61,915 bases of DNA, filler included, from Kipferlia bialata (GCA_003568945.1; 3 parts of 3 records of this genome joined end to end with filler, not necessarily neighbours in it), one strand, 5' to 3'; shown: positions 12,448 through 26,079, numbered from the whole stretch's first letter. Notes: generated by a model from the letters alone, not told the origin. Translations and numbers: made by a program.

Positions 12448-13409
12448 ATGCCCAACTACACCCCTGTGCAGCTGTATCTGCTGTCCCGATACTTTGTGGA
12501 CAACATCCACCGGCCATACCCCTCGAAGGAGGAGGTGGAGAGGCTGTCCAAGGAGGCAGGCATCACAGTGAAGCAGGCAGAGGTATGGCTATTCATGTGC
12601 CAGGAGTGACAAGCCATCCGCAGTGTTATGTCTCTACTCACAACAGGTATGGTTTGGCAACAGACGCAAGAGACTCAGGAGAAGGACGATGGACCTGGCC
12701 GATGTCCCCTGTCTGCCAAAGGTATGGATGGTGTATATGGTTTATGGTATAGTCTAAGTGTGTATAGCATATGTAGTAGTATTGACACCGTCTGTTCTGA
12801 CCCTCAGGACAGAGACATTGACAAGCTGGGCAGGGTGTATGTGGAGACCCTCAACCATGCCCAGACCCAGTCCTGGCATGCCGGGTACCTCAAGGAGAAG
12901 GACACGTACGTGTGTATATATATATGTATATATTTGTATACAACTACCCCTACTCTCTTTCTCCCATCTGTCATTCGTAGGAGAGCAGCCCTAGGTCCAC
13001 CCCCCTCTCCCTTCTGACCCCTAGGAGACTTAAGGCGGCATCCCAGGCAGCTCAACCTACGCAGCCCAGGGCCGAGCCTGAGCAGATATCGCCCTTCCAG
13101 GCTCCCGTTGCATACCACTCACCTGACTACGTCCCCCTGCACTTCCGGCCAGGTGTCACCCGCAGCAACGCATACCCCGCCCCTTCCCAGGGTGTCAGTC
13201 AGTACGGGGTGCCCATCTACTCGGCGGCAGAGAGAGAGAGAGAGAGAGAGGCGATGCAGCAGAGGCAGGAGTACGAGGCGCAGAGGCGGAGGTTCGGTGA
13301 GATGCAGTACAGAGAGGGCATGGACACGATGCAGGGACTGGGTGCACTGGGGGAGGGGCCTGGGGTAGGAGGGGTGGCCATGGGGTACGCCCAGACGCAG
13401 ATGTACTAG
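12448..13409 (+). CDS. TALE-class homeodomain transcription factor (PBX-like WFGN), 4 exons
   Basis: Exons 12448-12582 and 12647-12721 give MPNYTPVQLYLLSRYFVDNIHRPYPSKEEVERLSKEAGITVKQAEVWFGNRRKRLRRR, with the TALE PYP loop and helix-3 WFxNxR. Two more exons lead to the stop at 13409. The ORF track misses it because of the intron. The start codon is uncertain. Confidence 0.9.
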
Positions 13410-13803
13410 AGCAGATTGAGATAGGCTGTGCTTGCTGGTCATTGCCCACATACACATTAGATCTTTCATAGTTAGGTGCTCGATGTTTAAGACAAAAGAA
13501 TGCACATGAAGACACATCCAACGATGACAATCTATTGTATTGATGACATACCAAAGAGAGGTATTCAAAGCATCTAAGGAAGGTTCAAAATATGAACATC
13601 TAAATGCAATGTGCAACAGGGTACCAGGCGCTAGACTCTACTAGGCCCGGTACCCAGTAAGTAACATACAGTAAACGAAAACAACATACGAGCATAAACA
13701 AATGAGCTCAAACAAAAATGAATACATGACTGGCCGAAAATGAGGCCGAGTCGTTGGGACCAGTAGTGCTACATAGACACTCTCAATGAGAGGGCGTCTA
13801 GTA

Positions 13804-16800
13804 TCAGTGGAACTGGCGGTAATGGTCCGCGAGATACTCCCTGAGGCGCTCTCTAGAGGGCATAGTGGCAGGTGTGGGCTGAGGGCACTTAAGAGGCACA
13901 ATCAGAGAGCCGCCAGGCCCGTATGCACTGTCCTTCCCCTTGAGGTCGGGTGGTCCCTTAATGACTGAGACAGAGACTGGGACTCTGGGGGAGACGAGGA
14001 GGATCTTCTGGTACAGCTCTGGCCCTGTGTTGATGCTGTGGGTGCAGAGCATGGTGGAGACCTCCTCCAGAATGCAGGCCGCAAGGGACTCTGGCAGGGT
14101 GGGGGAGAGGTGTCTCTCTCCGGGACAGAGGGCCCAGGCCAGCACCTCCTGTAGGGGTCTGCTGGCAAGGTATCTCTCTAGGAACACGTGGTACGTGGCC
14201 ATGAGAGCACCTGCCCCAGGGGAGTGCACCCCCTGTCCAATGTGGGCACCGAACTGACAGAAGAACAGCTCGGCGCGCATCCTCCGCTTGGCGAGGTATC
14301 TGGCAAACTCCAGCACCAGTCTCCTTCGCATAGACCCCTCCGGGGCACTGGCATGTGAGTAGGGGACGACAACCACCTCAGGGCGTGCCTTGAGTGCCCG
14401 TCTCAGTCTTGAGACTGTCTTGCACCTGGACAGCCTGATACAAGAGAGACCCTTGGCGTTGAGGGTGCGGCAGAAGCGGGAGGACCACCTCTCGTCCTCA
14501 AGCGGCATACACACGACATATGTTGACACACCCTCTGGCAGACAGTATGTCTCGGTCCAGTCAGCGAAGCACTCAGCACCGCCTGTCTGGAAGGTACCCC
14601 TCTTCTCGATACCCCTTAGCAGGGTCTTGAACCTGGGGGTGTCCATGGTGTGGAGGGTACGGAGGACAACCTGGGGGACATCATCATGCCCACCACTCCT
14701 GGTACTAGCACTTGAGGGGGAGGGCGTGGTAGGATCCCGAGATGTGTGTGCGTTCCGTGCTCTTACACGCTGGCCTGTCTCTACACCCTCAAAGGGGTTG
14801 TTGAACTTAACCTCAAAGGCCAGGTTGGCGGGCAGGGTCAAGCTGTACCCGGTCAACAGGTGCTGGGCCATCACCCTGTCACACCTGCGCTGGTGTGCCT
14901 CCTCGGCCTTAGCCTCAGCCTTGAGGGCAGATGCCTGGGCCTCTGTGGCCTCAACCTCAACCTCAGGGGCACCAGCAGACACTGTCTGTGACTCTACAGC
15001 AGGGACAGGGGTCTCCATGCCACCCTCTGCCTCTACCCCTAGGACAGTGGACACCACACTCTCTAGGGCGCCAGATGAGACTGGTACGGCACCAGGCTGG
15101 AGGGATATGATGACGTCACCCCCCTCTCCACCCCCCTTGCCGTGGGTGCAGTTGACCGTCCACATCCTGTGCAGGATGGCAGTGTCAGACGGGACAGACC
15201 CAAACATGCAGGGGGGGCCCTTGTGCAGAGCGGCCTTGACCTCAGGAGGCAGGGCCACCACATACTCCCTCCAGTAGTGGTTAAGGAAGGAGGCAAAGTC
15301 GTCTGCATTAGGCCTTGCACCCCTCGTCTTATCGGGTGCGTCCTTTCTGACGTAGTATGCCTGGAGGTCCCACCCGATGTGGCCCAGCGTGCTATGCATG
15401 TACTGCCGCAGGGATATGCCCTTCTTAGTCCTGTGCACAGGGGCCTCTGCCAGGGCACTGAAGGTGGCCAGGATGACGGCAGGAGGGGGGACCAGGCGGA
15501 AGTCTAACTCCTCGGGACAGGACACAGACCCTAGGTAGAGGGTGGGGAGGTGCCTCTCGGTCAGAGACGCAGCTAGAGCCTGCATGTGCGCGGCGTCAGA
15601 GTCCTCGAAGTACACCACGATGGTCTGGTACGGGTTGGGGGCGGGCAGGTTGTCCAGGGCCTGGTCCATGCAACCCTTGTCAGTCAGCTTGTGGCGGCCC
15701 CTCTTGTTGACGGGGTGGCTGGTATACCTCTTGACCTGGGAGAGGGCATGGGAGAACTGCGCAGGCATGATATACCGGCGCCTCTCCTTAGGTCTAGCCT
15801 CCAAGGCCCTCCCCTCCAATGCCTTGACAACCCTGGGCTTCAGGGGGGGTTTGGCACCTGGATTCTTGGGTGGCACTCCAGTCTGTGCGTTACTGTCAGC
15901 TCCAGACTTGAAGTGCCTTACCAGATTCACCACGGTCTCCCACACTGAATCAGTGGACGTGTATGTGTCGATGCCCTCACCCACGAGGGAGAGGGGGTTG
16001 GAGGCGAGCAGGGCCTCCAGCCTGTCAGCAGGTACCTCCACCAGATAGTCCCTGACAACGCTAGACAGGAGAGCCGCCGTGTTTGCCTGGACCTGCTCCT
16101 GGTTGGAGACGGCCATGTCGGAGACCCCAATCACAGAGAGAGAGAGGCCAGGGCCGGAGAGGGCCTTCCAGAGGGCACGTCTCTCGTCCAGATCAGACCG
16201 TCTTGTGGATGAGAAGAGGCCCTCGTACACTAGGCATATCTGGGCCTTGGCCAGCTGTGCGGGGTCGTGGCGCAGGGCACGCCGCCTGATGCCTGGGGCT
16301 GTGCCAATAATGGCCACACTGGGGCCCATCCCATTGAATGCCATTAGCAGAGACATCATGTCACGCTTCGACCTGGCTGGGACCACGACTAGGAAGCACC
16401 GCCCCTCAGGCACCGAGACCCGGAGGTTCTTGCGGGTGAACCACCGCTGGGCCAGAGACCCCTCGAGGCTGGCGAAGTTGAGTCTGTAGAGGAGGGTGCA
16501 GAGACTCCTGGCCACGAGGACAGGTCTGTCGTCCTGGGGCCTGCCGAGGAGTGCGTTGAGGGCAGTGTCGGGTGTGACAGGGACATTGCCAGGCTTGGTA
16601 CCTCCCACGACAGGTGCTGGTGCCGGTGTCTGTGCCTCTGGCATCGACACTGACACAGTGGACCCCGAGGGTATGACACCATCCCCCATGACCTCCTCCG
16701 GTGTGACATGACACACAGTGGGGTGGGCCTTGAGGTCTGCGGCCACGCCTTCCTCCACAGCGGCTAGGGAATCGGCCATTACCCCACGCACAGTCTGGAT

Positions 16801-17450
16801 GGAGGACCCAGCCAGACATAGCTGGCGCCGGAACACAACCTGTGGGTGAGTGAGAGATAGAACAAGAGGAGGTGGTGTACATATACCACATACACCCACC
16901 TTGTGTGCCTTTGTGGTGCCGAGGTTGAGGTGCCACAGCAAGACGGGGGCGGGGATGAAGGTGGCATGGAACCCTAGCACTCCCCCACACGTAGTGCCTG
17001 TCCTGGCCAGGTAGGACAAGGCAGACCGCACCAGGACCCCCACTCTCCCAGCATGCTGCTCGATGATGATAGCGGCAGGGGTCTCTGGGAGGGTGCGGTT
17101 CTCCTTGAAGCAGGCTGATAGGGAGTGTGCCGTCACGAACCTAGGGGTGATGGCACAGGCCAGGATGACGTGGGCTATGGTGGGCACCACGACAAGGAGA
17201 GGGGGCTGGTCTGAGGCGAGAGAGGCGGGAACCCGATCGCCACGAAGCACGTCGGACACAGCTGTGATGTAGGGTATGGCCCCATGTACAAAGAGTGTCT
17301 GGGTGGGGTCAGTGAGGACAGCATGGGTGGATGCAGAGAAGGGAGCATCGGGTGTCTCTGGGGTGGTATCATCCCCAGGGGTGATGGGTTGGTATGAGTC
17401 CTCGAACCCTAGGAGCTCACAGACCGTGCTCCACATGCACCTGGGGTGGG

Positions 17451-17497
<47 letters not shown>

Positions 17498-20400
17498 TCT
17501 GTTGTGGTACCTAGCCGTTGCCTCAGATGCCACCTCTGGCAGCATGTAGAAGGTGTCCCTGTGGTGGCAGATGGACTGGGCCCTGGGCTTGGGTATGTGG
17601 GTGAGGTACTCAGTGGCTAGTAGGGAGGCAATGGGTCTGATCCACTGACCCGTCCCAAGGGCCACCATGTTACCACACGACACAAACACACGCAGAGTGC
17701 GCTTGTCCTTGGACAGCCTTAGGGTAGAAGGAGAACAAAGACAGGAACCATTGCAACAGTGAAGGCATATATCATGAGATGGACAATGAGAGAGTATGAC
17801 TGGGAGAGAATATTCACACCTGTTCATGAGTGCCCTCAGCAGCTGTGCCCTCTTAGTGCCCTTCTGCGTGACTGCATCCACCCCTGCGAAGAACATGTCT
17901 GTCCCTGCCACCGGGTTGGTGTTTAGTATGTCCTTGGTCCTTCTGAAGCTGGACAGGGCGCGGCACTTGACTCCTCTGTCTAGCAGATACCCAGTGAAGT
18001 GGGAAGCGCTGGCCTCCACCTCGCCCCCAAAGAGGGTGAGGTATACACACCCAGGCTCCATGGAGATGGAGGAGAGGGTCTTGGGCAGTGCCTTCATGCC
18101 GTTGGGGGTGAGGATGTGGAAGGTGCAGAGGCTGGCGTACTCGATGGCGTTGAGGGTGAGAGAGGGACGCCTCTCCAGCAGACACCCGACCCTGTCGGTC
18201 ATTGATCCGTAGTACCCCTTCCTGACCCCTCGGGCCAGAGCATCTGCGTTGGTCTCAAGGGGGTAGGCAGGACCTGGTGGGTGAGTAGAGGGGAGGGATA
18301 TAGATGCATACACTAGACTAGACACACTCCCACCTGACTCCGAGTCCCTCATCAACTTCAGGCAGCTCCTGATGACCATGTCTGCGTAGGGGTACAGCTC
18401 AGCACCCAGGGGGGACAGAGACACATAGAGCATCGCCTGGCTCTCACGACACTTACCCACAGCCCCCCCTAGCATGTCAAAGAACCGGTCACAGGGGGGC
18501 ACAGTGTCCAGGATGAGCAGACCCCCATAGGTGCCACTTCCACTGGGGGTGTAGTTGGGGGCATCGTCCATGCGGCACAGCTGGATGACGCGCTGCATGA
18601 GTACCCGCATAGCGTCTGGGTGTGTTGTGTTGTTAAATATGACACCGGATGGCCTCATGTGCACAGAGACATCGGGGGCAGGCACCAGCAGGGGACATCG
18701 TCTGGCCAGGGCCTCAGCAGCGGCATGGGTGTCCACTACTATCAGTACGGTGGTGTCAGCGTCGGGCAGTGTCGAAGTATCCCCATTGATGTAGCGGAAC
18801 ATTCGATCCAGGGCTGGGACGTCTGAGCTCGCCTTGAGCAAGAGGATCTCATTCACCGCCATGTCTTGGCCCTCACTATCAGCCACAATGACCTCTACAC
18901 TATCCACGGCTGAGGCAGGGACTGAGCTAGTGGACTGTGACCTCTGTGTCTGTAGGAGTGTACCCTGGCACAGCTTGCCCCAGGAGGCCTCCAAGGAGCT
19001 AGGGAATGGAGTGGCAGTGCGGACAGTGTTGCCTGCAGCAAACACAGCAGAGACTCTCTCAGGGGTCAGGTTAGCAATGTAGTGGGTTGCTAGCAGGTGC
19101 GTGAGTGGATGCACACCATTGGGTGTAGTGGCCTCAGAGGAGGGGCTGGGCCCTGTTGCATCACCCCACACACACCCCAGCTCACGGCTATCGGCAGAGA
19201 GCGCAGTGAGGAGGGTGGCGAGCAGAGTGTTGCCCAAGAAAGGGGTGTAGGATGGGGACACACTCTCGTGGCTGGCCACAAACACGTCTGTGCCCCTGAT
19301 AAAGTCTGTCTGGCCCAGGATGCCAGGGCTGGTCAGGCTCTCCACACGTACTATCCCTACCCCCTTGGCCCTGAGGGTGCCCTCGAACATGTGGACCTCC
19401 TGCTGGGCGGCACCCCCAAGGAACACCATGTACACAGTGTTGGCAGGCATAACCAGGGAGGTGAGGGTGTTGGGCACGCTGTCCATGGCCCTGTGGATCA
19501 TGCACTGGTGCCTGCAGAGGGTCACAAAGCGGTCTCGGTCCAGAGGCACCTTGCTGCTGGTCTCGGCTACCATGTCGCACTCCCGCACCCTAATCAGGTG
19601 GGTGTCCCCGTCGACCATTGCGGAGGGACGTATGGAGGGTAGCGCTCCCTTGGCGTCCAGATCGATGAGGGTCCCGACACGGAGCAAGGCGTGTCTGACC
19701 TGACAGTGAGTAACTGAGTAATTGAGCACATCCATATATAGTATATATATAGAGCACTGGCGCACCTTGTTCTTGACGTCCTCGATTATGCCCCTCTTCT
19801 CCATCAGATACCCACAGCTCAGTGCATCGATCCCCCAGAGCTGCCGGGGGAAGGCTGTCAGGGCTACCCAGATGGGTCTCTCTGCCAAGTGTACATCCCT
19901 CATAATGACAGCACCCCCGTAGGACATGCGGTGCTTGTGGATACTCTCGAAGGCAGCCCAGGTGGAACGGTAGACCTCCTCCTCGGGGAGGTCACTCCTG
20001 ACCGCAATAATGGAGGTGGGACGCTCTATGAGGTCTCCGGGGTTTGGCGCCAGCTTCGACGCGTCCCAGTACCTAATGATGTCCGGCCACTCTGCCGTGA
20101 GACTGTCCACCATCTCCTGCCCAGTGGCCACCAGAAGGAGGACGTGGGAGTTGCCAGACAGGGTGGGCCCATTGCCAGCAAAGAGGCTCAGCATCGAGGA
20201 TATGCAGGGGGGGTGGATGGGGGGGTCCACCTCCTGCAGACTGGTGAAGGCGAGGGACTCCCCGCTTGCTGCGTCTGGTGGGAGCTCCTTGGCAGCCATC
20301 ATGTCTGCTCTGACCTGCTCTCTCACAGCAGCCAGCATCTTCGGGTCGGTGATTCTCTTGGATGCCTCGGCACAGGAGGGGGGAGAGGACCTGGTAGGCT

Positions 20401-23400
20401 TCCTCTGCCCGGGCTTGGGCACCCCCAGTGCCTGTCTGACCTCGTCCCACATCCTGTCTGTGTTGGTGAGGGTCTTGAGGTCAACGGCCTCGGGCATCCA
20501 GCAGAGAGAGCCGCCAGTCTCCACGATGTCCAGGGCCCTTGTTCTGCTCATGCCCCTGAGGTAGGCATCCACATACAGCTGGGCCAGCTGCTTCGACATC
20601 TTCTGCTCGGCCTTGTTCACTGTCTGGTGGCTGCCCCACATCACAGTGAGGACCCTGGAGGGGTCTGGGGGTGAGAGAGGGTGAGAACGATAACTATATA
20701 CATATACACAAATCCTGTCCCACCTGCCGCTAGCCTCTGCATGAGAGTGACGAGGATGTTGGCCTTCTTGTTGCCCCTGTTGAGGACAGCGGTGTGGTTG
20801 GCCAGGAAGACGCCAGTGGTGGGCACGCTCTTGGACTTGGTGACGTCCTTGGCCTTCTTGAAGGCAGAGAGGGAGAGGGTCTTGACCCCCCTGGACATCA
20901 GCCACTTGGCAAGGGCAGGTGCCTCATCGAAGGCATCCCCTCCCAGCAGGATGAGGTATACATGGCCCTCGGGAACGGACAGGGTCTCTATGCATGGTGG
21001 GATGTGTGTGACTGCGTGTCTGATGCAGGAGTGGTGCAGGACAAGGGCAGCAACCTGTGCTCTGTCGAGAGAGATGCTGGCCCTAGTCTCCAGCATCATG
21101 TGCAGGTCCATGCCCAGACCACCCACCATGGGTCTGAAGAGACCCTTCGCCTTGCCGCGGTATGACTTGGGCAGGAGGTTGTCGAGGTCCTTGGCCCCCT
21201 CCGCGTCTCTGAGGCACCTCTCTCTGATGTCCTGCACCCTGTCCTTGGGACCCCCGGCATAGAAGGAGTCAGCCGTGAACCTCGCGCTGATGGCTGGCAT
21301 GGCCACGGCCCAGAAGAACACGGGGACACGTCTAGCCTGGAACACAAACACACTCCCGAAGCCCAGGTCGTAGAAGGTGTGGCGGAGGGCATTCCAGAGG
21401 TGCACCCTGAGGGAGCTTGGGGGGAGGTCTGCTGGCACCACAATGGCGGCGGGACTGGGGTGAGGTGTTGTATATTAAATAGTTATTTTAAGGTGAATAT
21501 TGAATATCAATATATGTCTCTTATACAACGCACCTGCTGTCCTTGGTGACATCCCAGACAGGGACAAAGCGCTCACACACATACTGTGCGATGAGGGCCT
21601 CTCTAGTGTTGGGCACTATCATGAGTGTGACCGGCATGCGGTCAGGCAGCACCCCTGGGGGTGAGGGAGAGTATGGGAGTGAGAGTGATAGTGAGAGAGG
21701 TGTGGACTAATGGCGTACCTGGGTTAGGGCCAATTGCCTTGAGTATGTGCTCCATGTGTGGGTGGGGCCCAGTCTCGTTGGAGGATATGACTGCCATGAC
21801 CTCCTTGTGGGGTGGGTGCCCAGGGAGGCAGAAGCAGACGGAGTCCCCTGTGGGGTCTGGTATGTGGGCAGGGAGCACCAAGCGCTTCACTGGCTCAGTC
21901 TCCACCACCTCGGCCTCTGCACTAGACACAACCACAGCTCCCTCTGCCTCACCTGCAGAGACAGCATCGTCTCCTGTCTCTGTTGTGGGTACAGTTGGGG
22001 TTGCATCAGTAGGGGCACTGGGTTGAGCAGGTGCCTCAGGGGCTGAGGGTGTCACAACCACATCAACCACTGGGGTAGGCTTGGACTCAGTAGTAGTGGC
22101 AGCCTCTTGCTCCACACTAGCCTTCCCATCCTTGAGAGCCAGGGCCTCCTGCAGCATCTGAACAACGTCCTTCTGTAGAGGCGCGTCGGCACTGGTACTG
22201 AGCATCCTCCTAGCCACATCTATCATCTCTGTGGACTCGTCTGACAAATTGCTCTCACAGCCTGCCAGCTTCAGAATCTAGGTGTGAGTCAGAGAGAGAA
22301 TATTATGACAACTGGACAAAAGTCCTATATGTGTGTACACTTAAATGTAATATACAAATGACACCCACCATAGAGAGAGGGTCGTCCTGTGCAGGCTCTG
22401 GTCCGAGCCCCCTGAGGATGTGTGAGTAGTCCTTGGGTACTATGTGGAGGGAGCCTCCCGTGGCCTCCCCCTCTCTGGAGTAGGGGTCTGAGGCCTCGAG
22501 TATCAGCTCCGGCACCTGCTTGGTGTAGAAGTCCCCTATGTCGGCCTGGAGGTTGGCCACGTTGCCCTGGTGGAAGGCGAGGTCATCGACGTCCTCGACA
22601 GTGAGGGCCGAGGGGGGGATGGGGCCGGGGTCGATGCCGTACTCCTCGAAGGGCATGGGCGAGGTGGTCCTGCGGGTGTAGGTCAGATCTCTCACTGCGT
22701 ATATGGCATGTGCCGCCACGCCCTTGCTCCCAAGGACCCTCCACACTGTGGACGACAGCCGCCTGCCCTTCCCTGCCTTGTCCCCCCCTAGCATGCTGTG
22801 GGTCATAATGACTATGGACAGAGGGGCCAGGGGGTCCTTGCACTGTGCCAGCATCTGCTTCTTGAGCTGGTTGGGGGACTTGGCCTCTGCCGCAGCTAGT
22901 GCCTTGTAGCCCAGGGCTCTAAGGGCCTCGGCCAGGCCGGTCACCCATTTGGCACTACATATGTCTGGCACATACACCACATAGGTGGTGTTGAGGGGGA
23001 CGGTGACCCCTCTGAACGGGTACATCTGGGGCACAGTGGTGGTGCCCACCTGCAGCCACCGGAAGAGCATGTCCCTGAGGGTCTCCCCTGACAGGTATGT
23101 GGGTGCCGTGATGCCAGGGACAGACCAAGGGGTGTGGGGGTCGGTGTTGACAGACACAAAGTCCCACTCTGCGGCTGTCCTGTCAGAGTCTGGGGACAGC
23201 CTCTCCCTAGTAGCATTGTCCAGAGCCTGACCAGGCTCGGGCTGCCTAGTCACAAACAGCTTGTGCGGGACCTCCCGACAGATGGCGATCTGGGGGTTGT
23301 GTCTGGACTGTCTCTCCATGAGGGAGAGGACAGGGTCCAGCACGTTGATGTTGAGCTTCTCGACGTCAAAGAAGAGGACGCCTCCAAATGTCCTAGCTGC

Positions 23401-25907
23401 GGCGCTCTTGAGGGGGTTGCTGATGGCAGTCTTGGTGCACATGGTCAGGTCGAACTGCCACCGCTCCCGAACATCCACTGTGAACCTGTCTGCTGACACC
23501 AGCGCCACAGAGCACGACGCCACCTTGGCCCACCTCTTGTGCTGCAGGTGGGTGGAGAGCTGGTCGTAGGAGCGCACCCGCAGTGTCTCCCGGTTGTCAC
23601 CGATGAACTGGGCGTTGGCTACGTCATGTTGATCGGACAGCACCACGATGGTGAGGGGCAGGTCGTTGGGGAGGGACTGGATCTTGCCCATCAGATAGCT
23701 GATGATGACGGCCATGTGCGGGGCGGGGTCCTCAGACGAGTAGGCTGTCTGGAAGGACGAGGTCTCCCACCTGTTGCAGGGATGGGCGCCCTCGCTATAG
23801 GCCTCAGCCAGGTCCAGAAGGCGCTGGGGTGAGGATGAGCTTAGCAACTAGACAAATGCATATCTATGCAACTGGGATAAGGCAGAACTGCGACAAATAC
23901 CCCACCTTGCCAGTGGGGCACCTCCCTCCCACGCTGTTCTTCTCATCCGCGTCCTCCATCAGCTGCCGCATCCTGGGGTCCTGCACTGGGGGCCTATCCA
24001 CCGGGGTCCCTACCGACTCCAGCACACCGCAGGGCATGCTGTAGTACTCGGTGGTGGGGCACCCTACGGGCCAGGACATGGCTACGTGTCGGATACAGTC
24101 GGGGGCCTCACGCCCTACTGCACTCAGCACACGGACTACCGCTAGGGGTCAGATACAGTGAGACACGACTACTTGTGAAAGAGAGCTATGAAGATATACA
24201 CTTTCAGGACCATGTCACCCACCTGTAGAGAGCCTAGGGAGGTGGAAGCACATGAACCCTCCCCACTCGACACTCTTGCTATCATTGCAGGCCCCAAAGA
24301 CCACCAGAAGGACGTCTTCCATGAGATCTGGCTCCTGCTCTACTATTGTCTGGGACACCACAAACGCCCTTGCGCCGCAAGTGAGTTGGTTCCCAACATC
24401 GGCAGGGGTACTGTTGATGTCAAACCTGACGAAGGATGAGGAGTGGGCCATGGGGCTGGGTGTGAGTGAAGGTACAGAAGGTGATACGAGATACAACCAG
24501 TGAGGCACGTACATCTTGTCCAGCAGGGCCTCTGCCTCCCAATCGGTGTCAACTACCAGTATGACAGGGCGGCAGGGGGAGGCGAGGAAGGAGGCAAGCG
24601 CCGCAGGGTCCCTCTCTGTGAGGACATCCAGCAGAGCCATCACGTGGCCAGTCTCGTTGGAGCTGAACCTGACCTCTGACCTCTTGGCCCATCTGTACAG
24701 GGTGGCAGCCTTCTTGATGGGGTCTGTGCCGTCATGTCTCTGTACACGTCCAGTCCTGGCACGGGACAGAGCGCCATGGATACGGCCCTCCAGAGTGTCG
24801 GACCCCTTCCCTCCTGGGGGCACGACACCCACCTTCGGCTGAGGGGTCTTTGCCTCTGCCTCAGGGCTGGACTCTGCTCTCTCTGTCTCGGTCTCTACAT
24901 CCTCTGCCTCTGCCTCTACTACTACTGGTGCCTCCTGTGTACTACTCTTGGGTGGCACCACAGGGGCAGGTACAGGTGCATGTGTGCCGTCGGTCCTGTT
25001 GTGCATGCAGTCCACCTCTCTGTACACAGCAGCCTTGCTCTCCATCCTCTTCCTGAGGGCCACAGAGGTGAGGAGACCCTGGTACCGGGCAGGGATGCTC
25101 CGCATCACACTGTCGATGGCATCGTTCTTCTGCTGGCCACCCACGTAGCTGAAGGCATACTCTGGGGGTCAGATCGCTATCGACAACTGGTATATATATA
25201 TATACATGTAATAGCGAGAGAGTACCTATGGTCTCCCTGGTGTACATGGAGCCAAGGTCGATCTCGTCGAGATAGAGCTCAGTCATGACCCGCACCAGGT
25301 TCTGGCAGTATGTCTCAGCACCCACGGCATGGGAAGCCATCTCATCCTGGACATCAGACAGAGCACTAAGATATAATCAGAGAGTGTAGTAGCATATTCA
25401 TGTCCCCCTACCTCCAGCACGACGTAGGCATGGACGGGCATGCTGTACTTGGCCAGCATCTTCCACATCATCTCCTAGACGTGAGAGGAGAGGAAGGAGT
25501 GTATGTGGTATATGGAGATGTAGGATATGAGTAGTCATAACAGGTGTAGAGACCAGTCCACGTACGTGCTGCTTCTCCTTCTTGCCCTTCTCTCTCTTGC
25601 CCTTGCGGTTAGCCTTGCCCTTCTTGGGGGGTGCGCTGTTGGTGACAAAGCCCTGGGCACCGTAGTCCAGGACAATCACGGTGGGCTCCTTGGCTATCGC
25701 CTTCCTGACATGAGGCTGGGCATTATATAGCGTATATATCAACACGTGTGTAAGTGGTACATATGCCCACCTTACAGACGAAACCGAGTCACTCTCGATG
25801 AGGCATGTTGCCAGGACACCCCTCTGCTTCAGGTGCTCACAGAGACCCGGCTTGGCCCAGAGACGCATGCGAGGGGGGAGGTACACGACATAGCACACAT
25901 CTGGAAT
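13804..25907 (-). CDS. Giant hypothetical protein (roughly 3,600 aa by manual exon count, 5' truncated at scaffold end) built from repeated alpha/beta, helicase-like modules
   Basis: Long minus-strand ORFs (1210, 1162, 266, 201, 514, 309 and 180 aa) are joined by short GT..CCCCAG introns into one apparent reading frame. Recurring motifs are hhhh.PT/DT and YhhhhGG/P...L...G. Confidence 0.75.
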
Positions 25908-26023
25908 CTGGATGTCAGAGGGGAGAAGGTAGTGGCGCATTGGGGGGGGGGGGGGGGGGGTATTTTTTTTGGGGGTTTANNNNNNNNNNNNNNNNNNNNN
26001 NNNNNNNNNNNNNNNNNNNNNNN

Positions 26024-26035
26024 TTAATTAATTAA
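26024..26035. other. Artificial scaffold-joining linker (TTAATTAATTAA inside Ns)
   Basis: Palindromic six-frame-stop 12-mer flanked by N runs. An identical copy is at 52099-52110. Confidence 0.95.
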
Positions 26036-26079
26036 NNNNNNNNNNNNNNNNNNNNNNNNNNNNNNNNNNNNNNNNNNNN

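Noticed and set aside
14390..25288. Many long plus-strand ORFs opposite the giant gene (and opposite 54443-57700)
   Set aside because: They are antisense shadows of GC-rich coding sequence with no independent motifs.
26024..26035. Palindrome TTAATTAATTAA, repeated at 52099
   Set aside because: It is embedded in Ns and is a concatenation linker. Gene neighbourhoods across it carry no meaning.
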